Positions 14,389-26,596 of a stretch of DNA of 64,000 bases are shown piece after piece. The notes beneath the pieces were generated by a model that was not told the DNA's origin, ran no database searches, and worked only from the letters and a program-made list of their open reading frames with translations. Position 1 is the first letter of the stretch; the number at the start of each line of letters is the position of its first letter. A program made the translations under genes and the position numbers. Source of the DNA: Takakia lepidozioides (taxonomy: Eukaryota > Plantae > Bryophyta); contig CM060731.1 in the NCBI GenBank assembly GCA_030704615.1, positions 79,236,001-79,300,000 on the forward strand. The letters are read 5' to 3'.

Positions 14389-14740
14389 CAGTGTTGGGCG
14401 GTTATTTGAATTTCTCTCTAATACCCGACGGTTACCTATCCGGGTATATATATATGTGTGACCGGCGGAGGTGAAAAAATGAAGTAACCGGTCCAGTTAG
14501 GAACCGGCGGAGGTCACGCATTCAAATAACTGAGCAAAAAACCTCTTAAAGAACCGCCCAATACCCGCGGTTATTTGATGAAAACCGTTGGTTATTTGAG
14601 GTTTTTGCAAGTGACCGTAACCGCTGAGGCTATATTTAGCCATAAAAATTTTATTAACCGCAACCGCGGTTAATAGTTTCCTAAAATTCGAAACAACCGG
14701 ACGCCAGTTAAGAAAAAAATCAAATAACCGCCCAACACTG
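14389..14740. mobile_element. hAT-type MITE
   Basis: 21-bp perfect TIR CAGTGTTGGGCGGTTATTTGA / TCAAATAACCGCCCAACACTG. Flanks GTGT(A)AGGG and GTGTAGGG fit an 8-bp TSD with a 1-nt indel. Confidence 0.8.
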
Positions 14741-15339
14741 GTGTAGGGGACGGAGACGGCTCAAGGCGTTTGTCATCAACAACGGCGACGGTGCATGGAG
14801 CCCGTCATCAACAATGGTGACAGGCAAGATCACCCGTTACCGTGGATTTGGCTAAACTATCCAGTAATGCCAGGAAAAGTAATATAGTCAATTTGTCCCT
14901 GCCCAATGACACAAAAACTTTAAAGCTTTTTATTTTTAAGCAAATGTTTTATGGATCGCCCATCAAAGCATGAAACTATGGGTAACATGGGATGCATTGA
15001 ACATCTTGTCTCTATTGAAGCCCAACCGGACCATAGTTTGTAATGTCACTCTAAGTTTGAAAAAAAATAAAAATAAATCCATGGTGACATTGTTGGAGCT
15101 CAAATTGTACCACGTGTTATTCTAATCATTGCCCTTCAAATGCTAACAACATTGAGAGATCGAGGTAAAGATCGAGTTCCAGATCGTCGAGGTAAAGTTT
15201 GATTTTGCTTTTGACTTATGTTGTTAATATTTCTATTTCATTCATCTATCGAACTCAATTGAGGTTTAAGTTTTTGGGTTGTTTTCAGTATGTCAACAAA
15301 TAGAATGTGAAAGAAATACGCTTCCACTCTAAGCCAATG

Positions 15340-16638
15340 CGGGGATGCTAAAGCGTGAGCCTGGAAGCATGAGCATGTGAGCCCATGAGCCGGGTCAGGC
15401 TCACGTCTATGAGGATCTAATACCGTGGAAGACAGACCCATAACCGCAGAAGTAGGCCCCACGCATAGGAAGAGGAAGACCACACTAATTGATATAGAGA
15501 ACAGAACCCAAATTGCAACATTGAATGACGTAAAATTGCGGACGTTGACGATGGCAGTGCTAGACGGTTCCCACATTATATTTTATTTTGGGTGGAATAG
15601 CCCTCCAAAAATGCGGTCGTTGACGACCGCAATTCAGAACGGCTCACACCAAAAAAAATGAAAATATCAAAATATCAAAATATTTTTGTTATTATTTTGT
15701 TATTTTGTTTTGGCGATAGCCCTTCAAAAATGCGGTCATTTGACGACCACAATTTAGGACGGCTCCCACTTATATATATATATATATATATATATAGCCC
15801 TCCAAAAATGCGATCGTTGACGACCACAATTCAGGACAGCTCCTACACCAAAAACGAATTATAAAATTATAAAAGTATAAAAAGCAGAAAAAAAATGTTT
15901 TTTTTTTGTTGGTGGGATAGCTCTCCAAAAATGCCCTCCAAAAATGTGATCGTTGACGACCGCAATTTAGGACGGCTCCCACCCAAAAATATATATATTA
16001 CTATTATTCTTATTATTATTATTTGAGTGGGATAGCCCTCCAAAACTGCAGGTGTTGATGACCGCAATTCAAGATGGCTCGCACCCAAAAGAACCAAAAA
16101 CAATATAGGATAGCCTTCCAAGAATGCAGTCGTTGGCGACTGCAATATAGGACGGCTCCCATCCACAAAGAGAAAAGAAAAAAACAACAAACAAACAATA
16201 TAAAAAACCAAACAAACAAACATATTGTTTTTCTGTGTTTTGTTTTTTTTTTTGGTGAAATAGCCCTAAAAGAATGAGGTCGTTCACGACCGAATTTAAA
16301 ACGGCTCACACCCCCCCCCCCCCAAAAAAAAAATTTAAAAAAAAACGTTGGTGGGAGAGCTGTTATGACCAGACGTGCTATTATTTTCTATTTCATGATA
16401 TATTCAAACTTGAATTTCACATCTTTTATGCTTGCAAACTAAAACTCATCACAGTTTGTATAGACATTATTCCGCGGTTATAGGTCCGAAGTGTTGTCCC
16501 ACGGATATAGGTCATGTTTCGTGTTGATGATGTGGCATGAGCCTAGAAAATTTTCCACGTGGCAAGCATGAGCGTAGGCTCACACGATGTCATCAACATG
16601 TGAGTATAGGCTCACAAACTCACGGCGTAGCGTCATTG
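15340..16638. mobile_element. Non-autonomous relative of the MULE at 41478-52980
   Basis: Left end CGGGGATGCTAAAGCGTGAGCCTGG matches CAGGGATGCCTCGGCGTGAGCCTGG. Right end GCGTCATTG matches GCGTCGTCG. Flanks AGCCAATG / AGCCAATA form an imperfect 8-bp TSD. GCGTGAGC/GCTCAC subterminal motifs are present. Confidence 0.7.
15531..16312. repeat. Array of about 8 ~50-bp repeats with a palindromic core, separated by variable AT-rich spacers
   Basis: Consensus ATAGCCCTCCAAAAATGCGGTCGTTGACGACCGCAATTYAGGACGGCTCCCAC at ~15533, 15597, 15716, 15794, 15917, 16032, 16109 and 16260. Core TGCGGTCGT-TG-ACGACCGCA. Confidence 0.9.
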
Positions 16639-16881
16639 AGCCAATACATTGTTACAATAAGGTAAATGCACAGATGGGTGGACCAAAAATTACGTAACAT
16701 GTTGTTTCTGCAATAACCTCCCTCCATGGTTTTATCCATATTTGTCCAACAAGTCAATATTTCATCTAAATTTATGTGTGACAGGGTTTCTAACTACAAT
16801 AAACTACGAAGACACCATCCACACGCGTTCATTGCCATTTTTCTGAGGTTTTGGACCCTGTAGTGGGCAAAGGTTTATACA

Positions 16882-18340
16882 ATGTCAGGGGTTGTGAGTT
16901 CAAGTTCTGGGGCGGGATCGTCTGGGGGGCGGAGGAAGAAAAAACGTACCCACGAGCGGGATAGCCAGGTCAACAAGCCAGACTACCCGGGACCGGATGC
17001 CTTGGATAGGGTGAAAGAAGTGGTAGCAGATTATTTCAAGGGTAGGGACTTGATGAGGCTGGAGAGTGCTTATGTTAGGCATGGATGGGAGGGGTTTCAG
17101 ATTTTTCAGCAAAATATGGAGAGGAAAATGACAAACGCTTTGGCGGGGGCTAAGTGGATGGCGGACAGGGACAAGCCGAAGTTCAATCGGTGGATCCAAA
17201 GCAGGGCGAAAGACGTCACGTGGAATTTGAGGCAGCTAATGAAGACATGGAAGGGCAGAACAACCGAGGGTCGAGTGCCCTCCGCCGAAGCTGAGTTAAT
17301 GCGGCGTGTTGAGTATTGGGCTTGCTCGGCAAGTCAAAATTCACATCGCCGGACTAGGGTTGTCTCTTGGAAGGCGGGGTCATCGGGCGGGGGAGGCACA
17401 ACTGGTCTTTATTACCTGAACAATAAAAAATGGGTTAGAGATTGGCCCTTACAAAGAATGAGGGTATGCTAAGGTCCGTCACTATAGGATTGTTGGTGAT
17501 TCTAGAATACCAGAGCGTTGGGAGCTAACGGAAAAAAAACCCAAGTCTAAAAATCCAGAAAATGCGTTGAGACAACATAACGACGAGTGTTTGGCAGTGA
17601 AGTTCCAGCATCCGGGTGTTATCTCGTATTTTGCTGTGAATGCACGTGAGGTAGAGGGTTACATTCGCTGGTGGAATGGGGGGACAATACGCGACATGAT
17701 GAACCTTGACAGAAAATGGGGCAACGATTCAGACAACGGGGTGGTTTTGGAACAAAGGGGAACGGAAGCAGAGTTCCAGGAATGCGATCGCTTGCTTCGT
17801 TTTCGGAAAGTGCGCAGTAAACTTGCATGGGCACTGGTGTGCGTCATGGATGTTGTCCACAAGAACGGTGTCATGCACAACGACTTGTCCCCCGACAACA
17901 TCTTGTTGCATTTTCCAGATGGCACCGAGGAGATCAAGATTGGGGTGTGTGATTGGGGCTTAGCCACCCCATTGGGCATACGCAAAGCCTCGCCGTACCA
18001 GTTTGAAAACCAAGACAAGCTGGACCGGGAACTCGCGAAAAGATGGTGGGTGGAAAAATATATTGCATCGGTTTTCAATGCAAATGTCACGCCCCACCCC
18101 CAGGACATGACGTCGGAGGCCTTTGTCGTTGGGAAGATAGCGGTACGAATAAATGGTGGCGCTCATTATGATCAAATTATGTTCCGGGATCAATTTACGG
18201 GAGGTTGTTGGCATTCAATGCTACAAAGGTTGTACGACAACAACAAGAATGAGATAGTCACATTAACACATGTAGTACTTCGGTTCATGGGCAAGCCATT
18301 CAATTGGCCTGAGCCGAAAGACGTATATAGGACGGAGTAG
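16882..18340 (+). pseudogene. Intronless protein kinase-like gene, frameshifted near 17460
   Basis: Catalytic loop HNDLSPDNILL, IGVCDWGLA (DFG equivalent), ECLAVKFQHPGVI and a GYAKVR lobe segment in a shifted frame between ORFs 16882-17472 and 17567-18340. Confidence 0.75.
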
Positions 18341-18562
18341 ACCATAGTCTCGTAGATATGAGATTTCTGGCGGTACAATGGTTCTTTTATGAAGACATAA
18401 CTCAATTTTGATCGTGCATGTAATAAATAAAGTCCCATTGTAAATATTACATTGCATATGCTCGACCCTGGCACCTGTCATCGCAACAAAAATGGTTTGT
18501 GTACTGGCTCACTGTTTATATTTGTAATGTTCCAAGGTTTCGGATATGGTTATGGGAAAACA

Positions 18563-19962
18563 ATATATTAGTTCCGTATGAGTTAGACAACAAACGTCTC
18601 ATCTCATTCAACTATGCGACACTACCATGAGAAGCATGGATCGGAAAGTAATAGGTGCACATGCGACCTCCGAACATTTGATACTAGGTCTCTACTTAAA
18701 CGTGTGGAGGTCGCATGTACACCTATTACTTTTTTATCCATGCCACTCATGGTAGTATCGCACAGTTGAATGAGATATGGAACATTTGTTGTCTAACTCC
18801 TATGGATCCAATATATCATTTTCTCAGTACCCTGTCAGAAACATTGAAAACATTCGCAGTTACAAACAGTGCCACAATACACGGCCGGTTTTGTTGAAAT
18901 GACATTTGTGAGGTTCGAGCGTATGCAATTTATTATTTACAACGGAATTTTATTTACTTGGGAGACCGGTACTGCTATTGGAGCGCAACTGATGGTGCGA
19001 GTTCTCTATTGATTGGAGCTGTCACAACCAATGTCAACAATCATATTTACGGTAAGGTGTTTCATGCTATTGTTGTTCCTCTAGTTGAATTCTGTAGTAC
19101 TCTTTTTGCTATTCCCATGCCAACATTCTCTGAGACTGTCATGTTCAAACAGACGTATCAGCCACCCCGGCCAGCTTGCAGGCTGCAGCCATGGCCCACC
19201 ATAAATTGAATGAATTGGAGATTTTGTGCGAAGTTCCTGGTTTCATGTCCGTGGTGGCTGATACGGAATTCGGAATATGGCAGTCGCAGTGGACCTGATG
19301 TTGTTGGCATGGGAGTAGCAAAACGATTCCTAAATAATTCTGCTACATGAACATCGGTAGTATGAAACACCTTGCAGTACATATGATTCTTGAGATTGTT
19401 TGCACGGATTATTTGTGTTTGTGCTTTCAAGTGGCGAACATTTCCACCATGGTGCGGAAGACGTGCATTGGCGACATTAAACGGTTGATGTGATATCATT
19501 TCACAAATGTATCACATCGCATTTGTGAAAATGTATCACATGAACCGTTCCATGTGGTCTACGGGAGTCTTCGATGGGTACGAGATCAATGTGGCCTACG
19601 AAATCTGCTTCCACCAACAAACATGTGATCATTTCAGAAGCGCTAGAACTTTGAAGCGACGATGGACAAGGTTCTTCATCCAGATGTTCAACATGTCGAG
19701 GTCTTCTGTAATGTCTCTTGCTTCGTAATGAAGTGCTTATCTAACTCTTATTTTTCCAATGCTAATATCTTCCATCTGGAACATATCCACACATGCATAT
19801 ATAACTTTAAAAAACAAATGCCAATCAAAACTGGAAGCTGGGGATGAAGCTTATAAAAGTTGAGATGGCCATTTATTTTTTTAAGGATTTTTGCACACAT
19901 ATGTGGATCTGTTCCAGGTGGAGAATATTAACATATTGGATAAAGTGGACATGGAGAAGCAC
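18563..19962. repeat. Three consecutive, mutually unrelated long imperfect inverted repeats (~18563-18816, ~18900-19510, ~19733-19962)
   Basis: Arm pairs read directly: GAGTTAGACAAC..GCGACCTCC / GGAGGTCGC..GTTGTCTAACTC; TCCCATGCCAACA..GTATCAGCCAC / GTGGCTGATAC..TGTTGGCATGGGA; CTGGAACATATCCACA / TGTGGATCTGTTCCAG. Confidence 0.8.
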
Positions 19963-20049
19963 CGCATTACAATGGGGAGACACTACAAAAAGAGCTTCAA
20001 ATGGCATACTATGTAACAGGTCCCAGTATAATCGAAGACGAAACCCCAT

Positions 20050-21295
20050 TCATTCAATAGGCGATTGAATGGTTGCCCATCCAAATGATTTTCGTTTGCT
20101 TTCAATATTTGCCACTATGTTCAACATACCATATATCAGGTCCCGGACTAATATCAGATCAATCGAAATTCATTCGATGGCTCAACGGATGGTTACCCAT
20201 CCAAATGATTTTCGTTCGCTTTGAAACTTGGCCAGTGTGTTCAATGTACCCTCTGATACGTCCCAGTGTAATATGAGATCAATCGAAAATCGTTCGATTG
20301 TCCAATGAGGCGTTCACTTGTCATCTGGTTTTTGTTCAATGCGAAAAAGAAATCCTGCAATGCGTGCACGGCTATTGCACCCATTGAACGGATGTGGTTG
20401 AAACCCCTCTTTTGCCCGCATGTATGCAACACATGTGCGGAGACACAACAGACGAATAAATCATTTGTCTCCCCGTCGACGCGATCCCCCCTCAAGCCAT
20501 TCCACAATTTAATTGAATTTAAATTTATTTTAAGCCAATGAATAGGTTTGCTCTGCCTTTCAGTGGGGGTTTCTGGCACGTATCGATCTTGTTTCTGGTT
20601 CAATTTTGTTCTGCGGCTTCCAGCATCCCACGGCTACTCCCCCGCCAAAATTTGGACCAATCAAAAATGCCCCAAAAAAAAAGTGTTCTCTTCGCTCACT
20701 ATTGCAGAACTCTCTATGAAGAGTACATGAAATAGAACACAAATCAAGTTTGGAGTACAAAACAGGGAAGAAAATGTGGTTTTGGGTCCAAATAAATTTT
20801 GATCGCTCCCAAATTTGGCACACACGTTGCATATAGGTACATTACACGCTCCATTCAAAAACGGAATAAAATAAAAATCGTGAGCACGCGAAACACAGTC
20901 CAACAGGTCGTAAAGCAATAGGAGCTCCAACATAATACATTCAACGGGTGAACGGATGGTTGCCCATCCAAAGCATTTTTGTTAGCTTCCAAACTTTGCC
21001 AGCACGTTCCAGACACCCTCTCACAGGTCCCGGACTAATATAAGCTCAATCGAAATTCATTCGATGGCTCAACGGATGGTTGGCCATCGAAATGATTTTG
21101 GTTCGCTTTGAGATGGCCACTATGTTCAATGTGCCATGTAAGAGGCCCCAGAGTAATATGAGATCAATCGAAATTTGTTCAATGGGCCAACGGATGGTTG
21201 CCCATCCAAATGATTTTCGTTCGCTTCGAAACTTGGCCAGTGTGTTCAATGTACCCTCTGATACGTCCCAGTGTAATATAAGATCAATCGAAATT
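20050..21295. repeat. ~120-bp tandem repeats in two blocks (~20050-20300 and ~20940-21295)
   Basis: GGTTGCCCATCCAAATGATTTTCG..GATCAATCGAAATT recurs at 20071, 20191, 20957, 21077 and 21195. Confidence 0.85.
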
Positions 21296-21401
21296 ATTTT
21301 GTGCTTTGAGAACTTTGTGGGTATGTTCGTAGAAAGATCATAGATTTTGCGAAATGATTATGAAATACGCAGGGACCAGGCGAAATTTGTTTGGGAGAGG
21401 A

Positions 21402-21710
21402 TGTCAAGTTATTTTACCACTAGTGTGAAGTTAGCTAGGAAATAGCTAGCTTTCATATATTGACATTTGGGATTGACCCAAGTGTCAATCCAGGGGCCAA
21501 TACATGTTTGGGCACCTGGCGTGGTTATCTTCACGGCAGATCGCGGTGGGCTCATCTTTCTTGAGTTGGCGTCTAGCTATGGCGCCGTAGTGTGGATTCC
21601 CCATGACGTGGGGTGCACTTGGCTCGACTTAATATATGAGTGATGTTTTTATGTGCAAGTATGTGAGTTTGAGAGAGCTTGTGTGCTTGTATCATTTCAT
21701 TTCCTTATCA
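21402..21710 (+). repeat. Terminal repeat A1
   Basis: Near-identical to 31464-31781 (about 8 substitutions and one 9-bp indel). Starts TGTC, ends TATCA. Confidence 0.95.
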
Positions 21711-21728
21711 CTCGAGAAAGATCAGCTC
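21711..21728 (+). promoter_or_regulatory. Putative self-priming primer-binding site
   Basis: CTCGAGAAAGATCAGCTC directly after A1 can pair at 17 of 18 positions (2 G:U) with 21548-21565 inside A1. No TGG-starting tRNA PBS is present. Confidence 0.6.
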
Positions 21729-23964
21729 GAGTCTGTGAGTGCCAAGTTAGTTGTAGCACTTGTGTTTTCAGATCATGAGAAGCGGTTCAGCCTAGAGTGC
21801 AGGGAGTCGTGCATGAGCCTATCCGAAGCGGATAGAGTGCAAAGGCGAACAGGTTGCAGGTTTGCCATGGATAGAGAGGCGGGTAGCCTATGTTGAAGAG
21901 CGGCGTTGCATAGCTCAACGCTATGGCAACCAAGTTTGGGCTTCTAGTGTGAAGCGGAGGAGATGTTGGCCACGAGTGGACGAACTGGTAGTCGTCTTCT
22001 TCAGCTGCAGGCTGAGTTAAGGAGCTGCAAAAATGTGGGCTGCGCATGGGAAACTAGCGTGTTGCAGGTTGGAGATGATATGATTTGTTTCAGGTATTTA
22101 TGCCCGAAACTAGTTGTTGCGGGTAGATGAGGAGCAGCCGAATGGTGGAGCTGCGAGGGGATGCATCGCAGCCCGTTGGGAGCTTTAGCTCCAAGCTCAT
22201 GAAGAGGTATGAGTGAAGAGAGGGGGCTGGTCCCTCTTGTGTGCAAATCAGTGCACTTGTGAAGCATGTGCTGAGTTGGAGTTTCAATCTGAAACTCAGC
22301 AGTGTAAGGGCTCTTGGAGTGGCGAGAGCGGGGCTGGAAAGGCAGCAACGAGGCGCCCTAGAGCCAGGGGATATGCATGAGAAGTGCAGGTGCACCAAGT
22401 TTGTAAAGGTGTGTATTTTCAGATTCGTTTTTGTGGGCTTCATGAAGAAATGGAGCTTATTGGGCAGCATAATGCTTGTTTGTTGAGTTTAGGGTGCCTC
22501 TGGTGGGTTGTGAGAGCCCAAGAGAGCATGGTAGCAGGTCTGGTGGCCTCGCAGAAGCCATAGCTCGTCGGCAACAGGTGCAGGAGCAAACCCCAGCTCG
22601 GGAACGCATGGGAACTCGTTGGGAGTTCCAGGGAACAGAGAATAGTGGCCGTGATGGGCCGTTGGGGTGGTATCACGAGATACCACGAGCCCAGGTCGTG
22701 ATGGTTGACCGTGACCGTTGACCGTGACCGTTGGAAGTCGTGGTGCGGACACAACGGGTGGGCACGGTGACCAGATCGTGGGGATGGCGGGCCGTGAAGG
22801 CTCGTGGGAGTGGTACCACGGGGTATCACGAGGCAGCCCGTGGCCAACGAGCGCCTAGGGCGGGCTGTGAGGAGTAGTGGCGGTTGGAGCCACGAAAGGC
22901 CGCGAACAGACAGAGTGAAAAAATAATAATAATAAATATTTTTAAAAAAAAACTTTTTTCACTCGTTTCGTGGGACCTTGATGGGGAGGCTGGGCTCTGT
23001 AGAACAACGGTTTTGAGCTAGCTGATCCGGCAGAAAAGTCGGAATTGCCTCCCTGTTGCGTTTTAACAAAGGGGATTACTCCCCTGCAGGTAATCTTTTC
23101 TGGTTTTCAGCCCAATTCTTAACTATGGGGGGAGACCAGCCTGCAGGTAATTCCTTTGGACAGAATGTTGTTGGGGCTTATATGTACCTCTATTTGCTCC
23201 ATTTTTGAACCTTCAGCGAATGGTGTGGTTTCCTGAGGTGGTTCCATTCGGAGGAATGGCTGGTGGACGTAAGGAGGCACTGGCGGACCCTGTGGAGGCT
23301 TGCATGGGGCCTTGGAGGCCAAGTTTCATGAGCTCGTGGAGGGGCGGTTTGAGAGTGTCTACAGGATGCTCTCATGGTCATGCAAGTGAGAGAAGAGAGG
23401 AAAAAAGAGGGTGTTGGGATGAGAGCGTGCTTGGGATAGGCATTGCTTCAGCTTCCCTTCCTCGTAGCTTTCCACCTTCTCTGTAGGCCGAGACTTTTCC
23501 GTAGGTGGAGGCAAGAGTCGGTCCGGGTTTGGGCTAGGTTGCAGGAGCGACATTGTGGAGAGATTTTTGGTGTGGGGCAGTTGTTGTTTTCATTCTTGTG
23601 TTTGGATCCCCTCCACACCTGCATGCTTGATTGTGCGCCATGCTAGTTTTGTGTGGGCGCTTGATTTTATAGGTGGTTGACTCGGGCTTGATCGCCGATC
23701 CAACCTAGAGCATGTGTCGATGGTGAGGCTGGGTTGATGACCAGTCAGACCATCTTTGTTTCTCCTGTGGTGAGGTTGGAGGTGATGACCAGCCAACCAT
23801 GGGAGTGCCTGCGGTGGATGCAGGTGCAGGTGCAGGTGCAGGCTAAGTTAGGAACCTAGTATTCCAAACCATAAGCCGCATCAGGTTCTCTACCCGGATA
23901 CCTTGTGGAGAAGGGGTTAGAGACATGTTCATAACCGGTTGAGTGTCAGTTTGTCAACACGGAG

Positions 23965-26524
23965 GTGCCACTAGTTGTTGGGGAAAGTGCCGGTACGAGC
24001 ACTAGCGATACTAGCGGGTATACGAGACGGGGTGTGCGGTTTAGGCCACCTTCACCTCATGTGTCTTCTACGGAAGGTTCTTATTCGGATTGTGCATCAG
24101 GAGAACTCACACCGGCAGTGCAAGTTGTTTCCTTGCCATTGTTGTGGGACACAATGGAGGAGATGTATGGAGCCACCAAGGGGCCACGTAGGTACTCTAG
24201 GGTGGTGGGCACCATTGAGTTGAATGATTTTATCGAAGAGTTTGATAGTTGGTGTGACTTGCAGCAAATGCGCAATCCACAACTGTTTACGCCTTTCATG
24301 GCATGGAAGGGGTTGTTTCAGCACCTTGAGGGGCCGCCCATGGATGATTACCATGAGTTTAGGCGGGGGCACGATGTTGAGATCGAGGAGTGGAGGATGT
24401 ACTGGTCACCCGACTATGTCTCCATCACTAGAGGCACTAGAGGCACAAGGGCAACAGCTACAATAGCAGCTTCCATGAGCAGTAGTGGGACGAGTGGTAC
24501 AGCAACTACGACGTCCACCCAAGCTACTGCTGCACCAGCACCAGTGGCGGTGCCTACTTTCAACCCTGTTGTGGAGTTCTTCGAAGAGTTGAGAAGGAAC
24601 TACCAAGGGGTGAGGACAGAGAAGTTGAGGAGCTTGCAAGAGTTCCAGAAGAAGCCTACTGAGAGCTTGAGGGAGGCTTTCACTCGCATGAGGCGCTTGA
24701 TTAATGTAACCCAAGGGGTTACGGAGGCTCAGGCAATCCAGTTCTGGTACGGGATATTGGACAAGGAGCTGAGGAGAAGGGTGCCGGATGCAACTCTCCT
24801 ACAAGCGGCCCAACCCACCTTAGCAAATGTGTTTTTGCTGGCGGAGCGGATAGAGCTCAACATGGTGGAGGAACGAGTGGTCATGGTGGGATTTGCTAAG
24901 GAGGCACCACGGGGTAGTGGTGCTCCTAGCCAACCACTACCTCAACGTGCTCAATGCAACAAGGGGGCTCAGGTGAAGCCCAGGGAAGGGCAGAGAGGAC
25001 CTCAGATGCAGGGGTCTCTCCCTTCATTTGCAAGCCAACAACGGGCGGATGTGGTGTGCTGGACATGTGGAGGACCCCATGTCAAGAAGGATTGCCCAGA
25101 GGGAGGCAATGGTTTGGCACCAGCACAGCCTGCACAGATGCAGTGTGGGCATTGTGGCAAGTACGGGCATGGAGAGGCCCAGTGCTATGGTTTGCACCCT
25201 GAGTTGCGCCCAGGCCGGTTCCAAGGGAATAATGGTGGCCGGGGCGAGGTGGAGCAGCCCAGAGAGGACGAGGTGGTCAGGCACGAGGTGCAGGCCAAGG
25301 GCAAGCTCAACATGGCCAAGGACGCGGAGGTCAGGGTGGTGACCAAGGCATGGCCAACCGGCTTCAGCAGCTAGAGCAGAGGCTCGCTGCCATAGCCACA
25401 GCTCAGGTGGTACCGGCTCCAAGGCCGGATGGTCCACCTCCTGCTCCTGAGGGAGGAGACATAGGAGGCATGGGATTCATGTGCGGGGCAGCACTACCAC
25501 TAGTGAGGGGTGCCACTACCATTACCACTATGGGTGGGGCAGCACTACCACTAGTGAGGGGTGTCACTACCACTACCACTGTGGGTGGGGCACCACTACC
25601 AGTAGTGTCGGGCAGCACTACCACTACCACTATGTGTGGGGCAGGACTACCACTAGTGCAAGTGGAGTCAGCTGTGGTAGTGACTCGAGGAGCAGCACGA
25701 GTTCCTGAGCCACGGGGTGTGGAGGTGGAGTTGGATTCACAGCGTGGGGAGGCAAGCCGTCAGGCCAGGCTTCCTCAGTCATTCACATTGGCGGAGACAG
25801 TGTCGACGCCGTCCATGGCACCTAGTTCTCGCCCGATTGTTACCGAGGCGGAGGTTAATATGTCATTGGGGGGAGCTACACGGGCAGCTCCACTACCTAG
25901 TGTTGCTAAGGCTACGGCAGCTAGTGTGCTGCTGGGGGTGGCCACAGCTGTGTATCAGGCTCCATTGTTCTCGGCTACCATGATTGCCTCACGGAGGCGG
26001 ATATGGAGCCGTGCCCTTTCCAGATACAGACATCTCTGGGAGGATCAGAGCAGGCTCGGGGCATGACACGACGTGAGTTGGCTATCCGATTACAGCCGGA
26101 TCATCCTACAGATGGCTCAGTGATGAGAGCCAAGGCCATTGTGACAGACGCAGTCTCGTACGATGTCCTTGTTGGTGGGGCAGTGTTGTACCCCATGGGC
26201 TTCACCCTAGATTTTTGGGAGGAATCAGCTTCCTATAGGCTTGGATGGCAGTCAGGGGAGGGCCAGCATGTGCAGCTCCCTGTGACGTTCATAGGAGGAG
26301 TTGCGGTTGCCCAGCGAGGCAAGATGCCAACACTGGCAGCATTCACAGCTGCAGTGACTTGGCCTGAAGAGTTGTTGGATGACAACACTCATTCAGAGGA
26401 TGTGTCACCTCCAAGAGAGCAGAATGACATGTATGGTATGGCAGAGTTGCCTACCATGGTTGCTCACACTCCATTGTGGGGTTCGAGCAAGGATTTGCAG
26501 CGGGTTACTGATTGTCGTGTGTAA
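23965..26524 (+). pseudogene. Gag (two CCHC zinc knuckles) plus linker and partial aspartic protease region, frameshifted
   Basis: CWTCGGPHVKKDC and CGHCGKYGHGEAQC knuckles, a retrotransposon-gag-like QKKPTESLREAF segment, and the protease-like tail YDVLVGGAVLYPMGFTLDF. No catalytic D(S/T)G motif was found. Confidence 0.8.
25481..25660 (+). repeat. 51-bp (17-aa) coding tandem repeat, ~3.4 copies
   Basis: GAALPLVRGATTITTMG-like units; GGGGCAGCACTACCAC at 25485 and 25536. Confidence 0.85.
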
Positions 26525-26596
26525 TAAGCCTGGGTAGAGGCTTTTGTACCAACAGGAGAGGAGGACAGTGCGGGGATTGCACCAGGACCACCTTAG

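Noticed and set aside
15531-16312. CRISPR array
   Set aside because: Spacers are low-complexity A/T runs of very unequal length, repeats are degenerate, there are no cas genes, and the array lies inside a eukaryotic transposon.
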